Source of the DNA: Octopus bimaculoides
Lineage: Eukaryota
Direction of reading: 5' to 3'
Length of the DNA stretch: 64,000 nt
NCBI RefSeq assembly: GCF_001194135.2
Contig: NC_068982.1
Coordinates: 14,689,071-14,753,070 of the forward strand
Shown: positions 24,556 to 35,954 of the stretch, one piece after another
Layout: each line of letters begins with the position of its first letter
Numbering within the stretch: the stretch's first letter is position 1
Notes under the pieces: model-generated
Databases searched by the model: none
What the model was told of the DNA's origin: nothing
Seen by the model: the letters and a program-made list of their open reading frames with translations, nothing else
Translations under genes and position numbers: made by a program

Positions 24556-24924
24556 AAAATTAGTACACGTTTCATCATTTTGTTTTAGCACCAAGATATT
24601 TGATAAAAGTGAGATTAGAATTTGTTGTATGTATGTCATTATTTCCTGATATTGCCAATAGTAGCAAAAGTATACTTGCAAAGTTATCTGTCATATGTTG
24701 GTTAACACTTTATCTTTGACATATTCTCCCAAAGCCTATTAACTTGTAAAAAAGTTTAGTCTACAAGACATGCAGCTCCGGCATGATGTCATTCACAAAC
24801 ACACTCCAATATTGGCATCAAATCCTTCACAAATTCAGAGTAACCTTGGCATGGTATCACTCAAAATCACGTGACAACCATAACATGATGTCCCTCACAA
24901 GTACACTGAAATATTGGTTTCAAA

Positions 24925-25345
24925 TTTTTAACACAAGGCCTTCAAATTCAGAGGAGGGGTATAAGTCAATTACATCAACCCCAGTATTCAACTGGTGCTT
25001 ATTTCATCAACCCTGAAAGAATGAAAGGCAAGGTTGACCAAAGCAAAATTTGAACTCAGAACATAAACACAGATGAAATGACTCTAAGCATTTTGCTCAA
25101 CATACTGACATTTCTGCCAGCTTGACACCTTAGATATAATAATAATAATATCAATATTAATAATAATCCTTTCTACTAAAGACATAAGGCCTGAAATTGT
25201 TTCACTGGTACTTAATTAATCAACCTTGAAAGGATGAAAGGCAAAGCTGACCTCAGCAGAATTTGAACTCAGAATGTAAAGATGGATGAGATGCCACTAA
25301 GCATCTTTCCCAGTGTGTTAACAATTTTGCCCAGCTCATCATCCT
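24925..25345 (-). mobile_element. Two degenerate SINE family B copies
   Basis: gaaaggatgaaaggcaaag..gaatttgaactcagaa..ctaagcat motifs occur twice. Confidence 0.7.
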
Positions 25346-25384
25346 ACAAGTATACTGTGATACTGGTATGAAGTCACAAATATA

Positions 25385-25660
25385 CTCCAGCCTCTTTCCC
25401 ACTGATGTGCTGTCTCCTCTCTCTGCCTTTTCTTCTGCTACTACAATCGTCTCTTCTCCTCAGATCTGACTGATCACATGCCAGCTCCACTCAGGCACCC
25501 TTATACATTCATCTCTTTTCTTGTCATCCATAGTCCTGCACTAACAACTGCAACCAGTCCTTCTTTCCCAAAATACCAGACCTCTGGAACTCCCAACTGC
25601 ACAAGTCTTTTTTCTTGCAGTCAACTTCCTACAGTTCAAGTCGGACATTAACATGTTAAC
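25385..25660 (+). mobile_element. CR1/L2-like LINE ORF2 3' remnant
   Basis: ..SLCLFFCYYNRLFSSDL.. and NQSFFPK..LWNS..FKSDIN resemble CR1/L2-clade C-termini. Confidence 0.55.
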
Positions 25661-26557
25661 TGCCATGTCTTGTTACTGGAACATACTAATGATGCCACGT
25701 ATTTCTGGTCACATGGCATACTGTCTAATTACATGTCTAAGGAAATGTAATTATTTTTGCAGTTGTACAATAATTCATAATCAAACTTTAATAATTAGCA
25801 CTCATATTATTTAAATATCCTGGAAACCATGTCAAAGATACAGAATAATATATTTTCTCAAATTACGAAAATGTACCACCAGTGATGCAAAAGGCAGTTA
25901 TGTGAAGTTTGTGACGAATCACCAGTGGTACATATTGCAGTTAACATGTTAATGGTATCAAGCTCACCATTTCTAGAGAGCCTTTGGAAACCATAAGCAC
26001 ATCCCCTTCCCCCATCCCTCTCCACCCAGGTCAAACTAATAAAAAAAGAATAACAAACATAGAGAGAATCTGAGCCAAAAAATTAGAGCATTGACTGCAG
26101 TTAAGTAAATAAAGATAGTAAAAATCAATATAAATAACCAGTGAGGTTAGTTTTCTTCTATTCGTTTCTTAGACATTCTATCTTTATTGTACTTATGATG
26201 GCAAGCATTACATTTTCTGCATTGCTGATAGTGCATTTGTTCTGATGTTCAATTTATATTTACTACACAGAATCGTTTGTTCATTTGTTCCGTTTGCATC
26301 TGTTTTCTTTTCCATGGTAGCATGGGTTAGATGAATGCGACTGAAACATTCTTTTACAGCCAGATGCTCTTCCAATCACTATGTTTGTGCATAATGATGT
26401 GTGCATGTGTGTATGTCCACACACACATACACAAACAAACACAAACACACACATACACATGTGTTATATAATATCTTCTATCCTTGTATATGTTTGGGTA
26501 TTTCATTTGTCTATATCTTTTTATACAAATATGCATGCATATATATACATATTTGTG

Positions 26558-26640
<83 letters not shown>

Positions 26641-26645
<5 letters not shown>

Positions 26646-26971
26646 TCAAGGTAGAAAATGCTAAAATAATTTTACAAAAAACAGGTTTCAATCATTTAGA
26701 CTTCTTCAACTCTAAGTATGGAAAACAATTAAACTTTGGAAAAATTAAATGAAAAGTTTTTAAAAAGAATATTTGCATAGTATTAAGATACAAGGAAAAT
26801 GCTCCTTGTATTTGAATACTATGTAAATATTCTTTTAAAAACTTTGCATTTAATTTTTCCAAAAATGTAATTGTATTCCATACTTACAGTTGAAAAAGTC
26901 TCAATGACTGAAACCAGTACTAAAATGTTTTCTGTGATAAAATAATTTTAGCATTTTCTACCTTTACTTAT
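26641..26971. mobile_element. Fully palindromic MITE-like fold-back (arms of about 160 bp)
   Basis: ataagtcaaggtagaaaatgctaaaataatttt ... aaaataattttagcattttctacctttacttat; centre atacaagga-aaatgc-tccttgtat. Confidence 0.85.
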
Positions 26972-27024
26972 TTTCATTATACAGATCAACTCATGTGTTC
27001 CTTTTCAACCTTCAAAATAATGCA

Positions 27025-27235
27025 AAGTAAATGGAAAGTAAATCACAAGAAAACGAATATATGAATTAATGTATGACCCCTATATTCAAGAAATTGGTGA
27101 ATGTTGCTGATGCGCACATCAGCAACATTTGCCAATTTCTTGAAAATGGGGTCATAACCCCAAAATATTGAATACAAGGGAAGTCTACATTAATTCATGT
27201 ATTTGTTTTCTTGTGATTTACCTTGCATTGACTTG
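27025..27235. mobile_element. MITE with long TIRs and a central 60-nt hairpin
   Basis: TIRs aatcacaagaaaacgaatatatgaattaatgta / tacattaattcatgtatttgttttcttgtgatt; same family as 59441-59655. Confidence 0.8.
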
Positions 27236-27429
27236 AATATTAATAATAAACAAGCGGAAAATGGAGCCAAAGCTGAAATGAGACATTAGCTCTTTATATA
27301 CTTTTCAGGGCTCTTCAAATACCTTCCAGGGCTCTTCAAATGCCTTTCAGAGCTCAAAAGCTATTTAAGCTCTCATGGTAGGAAAGAGTAATTATAGGTA
27401 GAGGAAGAGGTCAAGCACTGCAAAGAGCA

Positions 27430-27696
27430 GAGATGCCTGACTGGCTCCCGTGCCAGTGGCACATAAAAAGCCCCATTTGAGCATGGTCAATGCCAGGGCT
27501 GCCTGACCGGCCGCTGTGCCGGTGGCATATAAAAAGCACCCACTACACTCTCACAGTAGTTGGTGTTAGGAAGGGCATCCAGCTGTAGAAACCTTGCCAG
27601 ATCAGACTGGAGCCTGGTGCAGCCTCCTAGCTTGCCAGTCATCAGTCAAAGTGTCCAACCCATGCCAGCATGGAAAGCAGACATTAAACGATGACA

Positions 27697-27733
<37 letters not shown>
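27430..27733 (+). mobile_element. RTE-like LINE 3' end with (GAT)n tail
   Basis: ggaagggcatccagctgtagaaacc..ccatgccagcatggaaagc..(gat)n. Confidence 0.8.
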
Positions 27734-27735
<2 letters not shown>

Positions 27736-27736
27736 C

Positions 27737-27941
27737 TTTTATTCTTTTACTTGTTTCAGTCATTTTGACTGTGACCATGCTGGAGCACCACCTTTTAGTT
27801 GAAGAAATCGACCCCTGAACTTATTCTATCACTTTCTTTTGCCGAACTGCTAGGTTACAGGGACACACCAACATCAATTGTCAAGCGATGGTGGGGGGGG
27901 GACAAACACACAAATATATAGATATATACTATGGGCTTCTT
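27737..27941 (-). mobile_element. SINE family A, truncated by gap
   Basis: Tail motifs. Confidence 0.75.
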
Positions 27942-28244
27942 NNNNNNNNNNNNNNNNNNNNNNNNNNNNNNNNNNNNNNNNNNNNNNNNNNNNNNNNNNN
28001 NNNNNNNNNNNNNNNNNNNNNNNNNNNNNNNNNNNNNNNNNNNNNNNNNNNNNNNNNNNNNNNNNNNNNNNNNNNNNNNNNNNNNNNNNNNNNNNNNNNN
28101 NNNNNNNNNNNNNNNNNNNNNNNNNNNNNNNNNNNNNNNNNNNNNNNNNNNNNNNNNNNNNNNNNNNNNNNNNNNNNNNNNNNNNNNNNNNNNNNNNNNN
28201 NNNNNNNNNNNNNNNNNNNNNNNNNNNNNNNNNNNNNNNNNNNN
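27942..28244. other. Assembly gap
   Basis: Run of N. Confidence 1.
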
Positions 28245-28745
28245 TATATTATATGTGTGCATGTAAGTATATATGTATATATCTATGTGTGTCATTGTGT
28301 TAGCAATTATCACTCCATCACTGCTTGACAACCAGTGTTGGTTTGTTTATGTTCCTGTAACTTAGCAGTTTAGACTTCAAAACTAATTACAGGAGTTGAT
28401 TTGTTTTATTAAACCCTTCTAAGTGGTGCCCCAGCATGACCACAGTCCAATGACTGAAACACGTATAAGAGAAAAAGAAAAGCTATAGATACGTGTGTAC
28501 ATGTGTGTGTGTGTGTGTGTGTGCGTACATGCGCACATGTGTGTATATACTCGTGTGTGTGGACTTAATTAAACCCATACAGATCTCTAGAAGAATAACA
28601 GATGGGGTAGAAATTCACTTCATACACAATTGAAATAACTGGCGTGAAACATCAAATGTTTTCGATAGAGCTGTTAATAATTATCAATTTCCAACACTTA
28701 CGATCAGGCTTCCCATCATAATAACTCTCATTTCTTCTTCATTGA

Positions 28746-28781
<36 letters not shown>

Positions 28782-28868
28782 GTGTGTGTGAGTGCATGTG
28801 TGTGTGTCTGTGTGTGCATACATATGAGCAGGTGTTTATATGTATACATGTATGCATGTATGCGTATA

Positions 28869-29345
28869 NNNNNNNNNNNNNNNNNNNNNNNNNNNNNNNN
28901 NNNNNNNNNNNNNNNNNNNNNNNNNNNNNNNNNNNNNNNNNNNNNNNNNNNNNNNNNNNNNNNNNNNNNNNNNNNNNNNNNNNNNNNNNNNNNNNNNNNN
29001 NNNNNNNNNNNNNNNNNNNNNNNNNNNNNNNNNNNNNNNNNNNNNNNNNNNNNNNNNNNNNNNNNNNNNNNNNNNNNNNNNNNNNNNNNNNNNNNNNNNN
29101 NNNNNNNNNNNNNNNNNNNNNNNNNNNNNNNNNNNNNNNNNNNNNNNNNNNNNNNNNNNNNNNNNNNNNNNNNNNNNNNNNNNNNNNNNNNNNNNNNNNN
29201 NNNNNNNNNNNNNNNNNNNNNNNNNNNNNNNNNNNNNNNNNNNNNNNNNNNNNNNNNNNNNNNNNNNNNNNNNNNNNNNNNNNNNNNNNNNNNNNNNNNN
29301 NNNNNNNNNNNNNNNNNNNNNNNNNNNNNNNNNNNNNNNNNNNNN
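28869..29345. other. Assembly gap
   Basis: Run of N. Confidence 1.
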
Positions 29346-29399
<54 letters not shown>

Positions 29400-29537
29400 G
29401 TATATATATATATAAGGCCTCAATTCATTTATTGAACACTTTTTATTCTGTATCGAGATTGTTGTATACACTCACAGAAACACCACATACTGAGCAGTTT
29501 TGAGTAATGTATGGATGTGTATGTGTATATGTATGTA

Positions 29538-30118
29538 TTCTTTTATTCTTTATTTGTTTCAGTCATTTGACTGTGGCCATGCTGCAGCAACACCTTTCAT
29601 CGAGCAAATCGACCCCAGGACTTATTCTTTGTAAGCCTGGTACTTATTCTATCATTTTCTTTTGCTGAACCGCTAAGTTACAGGGACAAAAATGCACCAG
29701 CATCGGTTGTCAAGCAATGTTGGCGGGGAAAACAGACACACAAACATATACACAGACACACATACATTTATATATATGTATGAATATATATATCTATGTA
29801 TATATATATAATTCAGATGAATATGGTACCTAAGTTGAGACACCAGAATTTAGTACGGAATTATCCATACAATTTCAAAGTGAGGTGATTAAAATCAAAA
29901 ATGAGCAACAAGGATATCGTTGCTTATTTTTGACATATATATAGATATATATATATGATGGGCTTCTTTCAGTTTCTATCTATCAAATCTACTCACAAGG
30001 CTTTGGTCAGTACAAGGCTATAGTAGAAGACACTTGCCCAAGGTGCCACGCAGTGGGACTGAACCTGGAATCATGTGGTTGGTAAGCAAGCTACTTACCA
30101 CTCAGCCACTCCTGCGCC
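29538..30118 (-). mobile_element. SINE family A with expanded middle
   Basis: Tail at 29538-29760, head at 29955-30118. Confidence 0.8.
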
Positions 30119-30144
30119 TATATACATATAAATATATATGTATA

Positions 30145-30383
30145 TTTTATCTTTTACTTTTTTCAGTCTGTGGCCATGCTGGGGCATTGCCTTGAATTGT
30201 TTAGTCGAATGAATCAATCCTAGTACTTCTTTTTTTAGGCCTGGTGCTTATTTTATCAATCTGTTTTGCTGCACTACTAAGTTACAGGGACACAAACACA
30301 CCAACACCGGTTGTCAAGCAATGATGTGGGGGGACAAACACAGATTCAAAAGCACATACACATGGATATATATATACAAATAT

Positions 30384-30450
<67 letters not shown>

Positions 30451-30860
30451 GATAGATAGATATAAAGAACATGAGTGGTTTAGTTCATTTGTGATCTAAA
30501 TGAATAGGTATGCCGAATAAGTGCTATAGATGTTCAGCCATTAGGTTCCAAGATCACAGCTAAGGCTCGATCTAGGGATCTGTGTTAGGGTTCTGTTATA
30601 GCAGGTATATATTATATTAGAGGAAAAATCAAAACCAAGGCACAACAAGTATCTCAAGTCATTTAGAATAATTTAATTAGGGTAAGGTGAATTACCCTAA
30701 TTAAATTATTCTAAATGACTTGAGATATTCATTCTGCCTTCGTTTTAATTTTTCCTCTAATATAATATATAGTAGAAGACACTTGCCCGAGGTGTCATGC
30801 AGTAGGACTGAACCTGGGACCATGAGGTTGGGAAGCAAGCTTCTTACCCAACAACCATAC
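30145..30860 (-). mobile_element. SINE family A interrupted by (GATA)n and a palindromic insert
   Basis: Tail at 30145-30360, head resumes agtagaagacacttgccc at 30771. Confidence 0.75.
30607..30770. repeat. Palindromic element with a perfect 36-bp stem
   Basis: 30650-30685 is the exact reverse complement of 30692-30727; loop ggtgaa; imperfect outer arms. Confidence 0.9.
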
Positions 30861-30996
30861 ATATATACATACATGTATATATTCTTTATTACTATTTAGC
30901 TGAAGCTAATAAAGTGACTCAAATGCTGAGAGTTGTACATATACGTATCTTATTAAGGGAGTATGCAACTGATGGTTTCTATTCAGCTATGAATCA

Positions 30997-31058
<62 letters not shown>

Positions 31059-31446
31059 ATGCATTATTTGTTGTTTTTTTTTTTTTATATATAAGACTAC
31101 ATTTTCTAATTTTTCATATCCTAATTTAAGATTTGAGTGAAAAATAACCACTATTTATATTAAGCTGCACCATCAGGCCTTATTCCATCAACTCCAAGTT
31201 AACTTGCATGTTGTTGTTTAGTCCCAAAATCAATCATGAACAAATAAAACTATGATGAAAATCATTCCAGTTCTGATAGTCTTATCTAATACTTCCGTAA
31301 ATCAGGAAAATATTGTACAATATAACCTTTATTTAAGATGTCAGACTGTGATTTGTGAGAGTTTTGGATACTGAGTAACATTGTGTTATAAATAAACCAA
31401 ACTTGCTGTCTCTGTTGCTCCCTCTCTCCCTCTCCCNNNNNNNNNN

Positions 31447-31484
<38 letters not shown>

Positions 31485-32054
31485 CTGTGTATCAATTTGT
31501 TTCTTTCTCCTGTAAGCCAAGGGTTTTGGTTTAAGGTTACAGCTTATGGGCAGGGCCACAGTTAAGGTTAAGATTCATGGTTAGAGTTGAGATTAGGGTT
31601 TAGGCTTAAGGTTACAGTGAATCAGAAAAAGAGAAGTTAGAAAAAATTGAGTTAGTAAATTTATCTTTTATCAGAATCTTTCTCACTAAAAATACAGAAC
31701 TCTGCTCATCGTTTATCAAGAAGTTTTACAATAATTTCAGTAAATTACTTTGCCAGGATAATTTTTTGATTCTTTAATCAAGTTTATTTTTGGATAGTAA
31801 AATATAAACTAAAACTCAAGCAAAGATCTAATAATACAGAGGAATTCAAAAAGGGTAACTAAACGTACATTATCCTGTTTAATCTGGTTGGTAATAAAAT
31901 ACACAACACACATTGTACAGAAAAGGAAAAGTTATTTGAGGACTAAAACAGCCAGTAACTCACTCTTTATGCTAAATTAAACTCCATAGGAGAAAATTCT
32001 GCAATGAACAACACAAGAATTTAGGGAGAAAAACTAGAAGGTAAAAAGTAAACC

Positions 32055-32340
32055 ACCACCATCATCATCATCATCATCATTTAACATCCATTGTCCATGC
32101 TGGCATGGGTTGGACAGTTTGACCAGGGCTGGCATGCTGGGAGGTTGCACCAGACTCCAGTCTGTTTTGGCATGGTTTCTATGGCTGGATGCTCTTCCTA
32201 AACCAACCACTCTGAGAGTGTAATGGGTGTTTTTACATACCACTGGCATGGGAACCATTTGCATGACACCGTTATCTGCCATGACTGAGGTTTTACTTGG
32301 CTTGATGGGTCTTTTTCTCAAGCATAGCATAATGCCAAAA
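32055..32340 (-). mobile_element. RTE-like LINE 3' end
   Basis: (cat)n tail, UTR motifs and degenerate ..EK-KTHQAK* terminal codons. Confidence 0.75.
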
Positions 32341-33650
32341 TATTTTTAAAAAAACAAGTGAAAGAAATAAAGGGTAACTTTTGAAAATATCACAACAAGC
32401 ATGGAAAAAAGACAACAAAGAAGCCTCTATGCAGTAGTTCAAACTGCTAGAATTAGTAGACATAATTGCCTCAAATTATATCTTACTGCCTAAGAAATAA
32501 GACACATTTAGCTAATGCTACTCTGAGAACTTTGTGCCCAGAAAAAATACGACCAATAATTCCTTGGTCATTACTCTTCTGTGTTAGGACTGACCTGAAA
32601 TTAACCACAACAGACTCCTGAAAAATACTGAGAGAAATTACTTGACAAAAAAACAGGGAAAAAAATTAAAACCCTACTAATAGCTAAGGTTGAGACATAA
32701 GACCTATGTTTACAGAGTAAGATCAACTTATAATAAAAACAAAGATGATTAAAAGTCTGTAAGCAGAAAAGAGAACAAAACAAAGGGTCAAAATGCTACC
32801 TAAATTCTTTATAAACGCCAAGGATTGCATACATATTAGCAATTATTATGATATTTGTGGAAACTAGCATTTCAAGATGGAGAGCATCTGGCGAAGCAGC
32901 TTAACATTTTATTACCAGACTGAGATAACTTGTAATATTGTGTTTATATTTAAATTATAATTTGGATTAAAATCTCATTAAAGTATGAATTATATCATGA
33001 GATTTCAGTTGGCCAGCACCAATATAATATACTATGAGATAATTTAATAAATTTCTCCAAATTTTATTATATTAAACATTGATTAAAACACATCAGCAGT
33101 CTATTCATTAGAGTAAGTCACGAAAGGATTAACCGATGAGCTTTGCTGCTTGATTGAAAATACCAGTCATTAATCACCAGCAATTATAGGGAAAATAAGG
33201 TTGGTAGCTGATAGAATTGATAAAATACTGGAAAAAATAATGCTTTCTGATGGTATTTAGTTAAATTGTTTCATATTCAAAATTCAAATCTTATGTTCTA
33301 CATTGATACAGTAAATGCCATTCAAGTATTAGAGTCAATTTAATTAGTCTGTAACAGTGGTTTCCAATCTTTTGTCATCACAATCCTTTGATTTTGATTT
33401 TGGCAAATCAATAATCTTCCCTGAAGCTGTTTTTTTTTTAAAATATACTCAATAAGGAACACTTAACATTTGATATTTTTCATCATGAACATTTTACTTT
33501 TTATCAAATATTTCAAAAGTTAAATATTTTCTTCATTTTTGAAATTAATTCAAAATTACATCACTTTTGATTTTTAACCTGCTTTTGATATTTGTGTCCT
33601 TGTGATAATATAAGAACCCATTAATTATAAGGAAATTATAAGGAAAACAA

Positions 33651-33955
33651 CATATGGTGTAGTGGTTAAGAGCACGGGCTACTAACCCCAAGATTCCAAG
33701 TTCAATTCCAGGCAGTGACCTGAATAATAATAATAACAATAATAATAATAATAATAATAATAGTAACAACAACATAGAAAAATACCTTAGGAATGAGAAC
33801 CCTGGTTCAAAATTTCCTCAAGACACCTGAAGAAGGCTGGAGGGTATATCAGCCAAAACGTTGTGTCAACAAGAAACAAGATGAGGACAAATATCCGTCA
33901 AATGTAAATAATGTAAATAATGTACATAATTCCTCATCTCTTAAATGTAGAATTG
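33651..33955 (+). mobile_element. Composite element: tRNA-like head, (AAT)n, Penelope-like tail with a hammerhead-like motif
   Basis: A box tggtgtagtggtt at 33655, B box gttcaattcc at 33700-33709, (aat)n at 33723-33763, hammerhead-like motif at 33822-33867. Confidence 0.7.
33822..33867 (+). ncRNA. Degenerate minimal type I hammerhead ribozyme motif
   Basis: gacac-CTGAAGA-a-ggctgg(agggtata)tcagcc-AAAA-cg-TT-gtgtc: stem I, core and stem II present; G12 replaced by A (CpG-decay type change). Confidence 0.6.
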
Positions 33956-34022
33956 TATTAAACAAGATAGAAATGATGAACACTTGATTAAAACATAACT
34001 TATGTAGTCCTTGACTACTCAC

Positions 34023-34115
34023 CTGCCATTCTGTCACGCCATAATTGGAACTTTGTCCTAAATATGTTAATTCTTCCCCCATCAAATCTTCTTGTATGTC
34101 CTGTAGACTTTGCAT
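34023..34115 (-). CDS. Candidate first coding exon of the F-box/LRR gene
   Basis: ATG with G at -3; MQSLQDIQEDLMGEELTYLGQSSNYGVTEWQ then consensus donor CAG|gtgagta, phase 0, matching the phase-0 acceptor at 22126. Confidence 0.6.
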
Positions 34116-35389
34116 TTCCCTTTGAATTTTTGTTATGTTTTGAGATTTCTTCTCATAAAGAGTTGTTTCACATATCCAGGATATTGACTGCTTAATGTTT
34201 TTTCTAACTGACTGATATCCAGAATCTTTAAGGATACCGAAATCTTTAAATGCTCACATAATTACATACCCATCTTTGATGAAGTTGGATTTTTCTCGAA
34301 CTATTAATGAGTGACAATTAATGTTGCAGCTTTGTTCATGTGTAGCATGTTGAAGTAGTTTTTGCCGAGTAAGGCTCCATTGAACATTTAAGATAATGTT
34401 TTACACATGCATCATAAATAACAAATAAAAAAAAAAATATTTGATGTTTGTTTGGACCTATAACGTTTAAGCTTTATGACAAGTTGAAACAAGAACGAGT
34501 TTGCTACAATATATAAGAGCACAACTACTTTGTTGTGATGTTATCTCAATTCTGCATTAGCTCAGCTTTCAGTAGATTGTAAATCCTGTTCGTCTATTAC
34601 CAAGTTGTCTCAACCAAAATCACTCGACTCACATGATTTCACTGAAGTTGAATAAATTATTGACACTCACTGAATGAAGAGAAAGATCATCATAACATCT
34701 AAACAAATAATTTGATATAGTAATGAAAGTTGGCTCAATAGGGGGCTGTGGCTATCAGTAAACATGTATCAGTAAACATAACAACTCTTCTCTTGGTAGA
34801 TATTATTATCTGTCCTGTATTTGTGGTGGTTTAAGTTTTGATTTACAAATATTTCCCATCTATAAAGTAATAATTAAATATGGGATATGAAATATAATGC
34901 AGAGAAAAAAAAACTGTTTTAGCTTCTGTGATGAATAATTAAAAAGAAATTTTGACCTGATAAAACATGACAAGCTGTTGAACTCAAAAGATATTGATTT
35001 TGAAATAGAAGTCCTACTTTTTTTTCTGCATAAAAAGGATTAAACTTCCCAATTAAGTGATTAGAATTATGTAACAGAGTGACAAATATATCTTGAAACT
35101 GGATTATAAACTAGATGTTGCTGTATTAATGAGAGGAGAATATAATCATAGAATTGTTATAAATTATGTGACGTTTAACATTCAGCATCTATGATACAAA
35201 TTACAATGTTATTCACAAAAATGGCAGAGCAATTCTCAGTTCACCGAGAAATCTAGCGTACAAAATATGTGTTCACTAAGGTTCTGTCCTTAGACCACTT
35301 TCTTTTCATACATTATAAAAGAGGTTCAAGACTGAATAGCTAGAGAAACATTGATATACTGATTGTGTTGTCCTTATTGTATAGGATAA

Positions 35390-35690
35390 AGGCACATGGC
35401 TTAGTGGTTGGGGTGTTTAGTATGTAATCATAGGGTCATAGGTTTGATTCCCAGTAGCACATTGTGTCCTTGAGCAAGAGACTTTATTTCACATTGCTCC
35501 AGTCAACTCAGCTGGTAAAAATAAACAATACCTGTAATTCAAAGGGCCAGCGTTGTCACATTCTGTGTTATACCAAATCTCCTTGAGAGGTACATTATGA
35601 GTACACACATCTATGGAGTGCTCAGCCACTTGCATGTTAATTTCAGGAGCAGGCTGTTCCATTCATTGGATCAAGTCATTGTAACCAACA
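35390..35690 (+). mobile_element. SINE family D (long-tail variant)
   Basis: ggcacatggcttagtggtt head; tgtgtccttgagcaag; ctcagccacttgcatgttaatttca..gcaggctgttcc tail. Confidence 0.8.
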
Positions 35691-35954
35691 GAGTACTAAA
35701 AAAGAATTGCATAGAATATTCTAAACATGGAAGAATAATGTTGAACCAAAAAGCCTAAATGCCAATATGGCAAAGAACTAATTACTAAAATAAAGAAATA
35801 GATGTGAAATGAGAAATAGCCTTGCTTCACTTGTAGAAAGGGAGTCAGTAGGTATTTATTACTGTGTACTAAATGCCAACAATTGGGTAGTGTCTAGCAG
35901 ATTACAAGGAACCACAAGATTAGATGTAGCTCATGTAAAGAGAATATAGTAATA

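Noticed and set aside
26881-26920. Apparent small minus-strand exon (ttttag|...|gtaagta)
   Set aside because: It lies in one arm of the palindromic MITE 26641-26971.
33651-33722. tRNA gene (apparent anticodon ACT)
   Set aside because: Acceptor and T stems pair poorly, there is no long variable arm for a Ser tRNA, and there is no oligo-T terminator; treated as a tRNA-derived SINE head.
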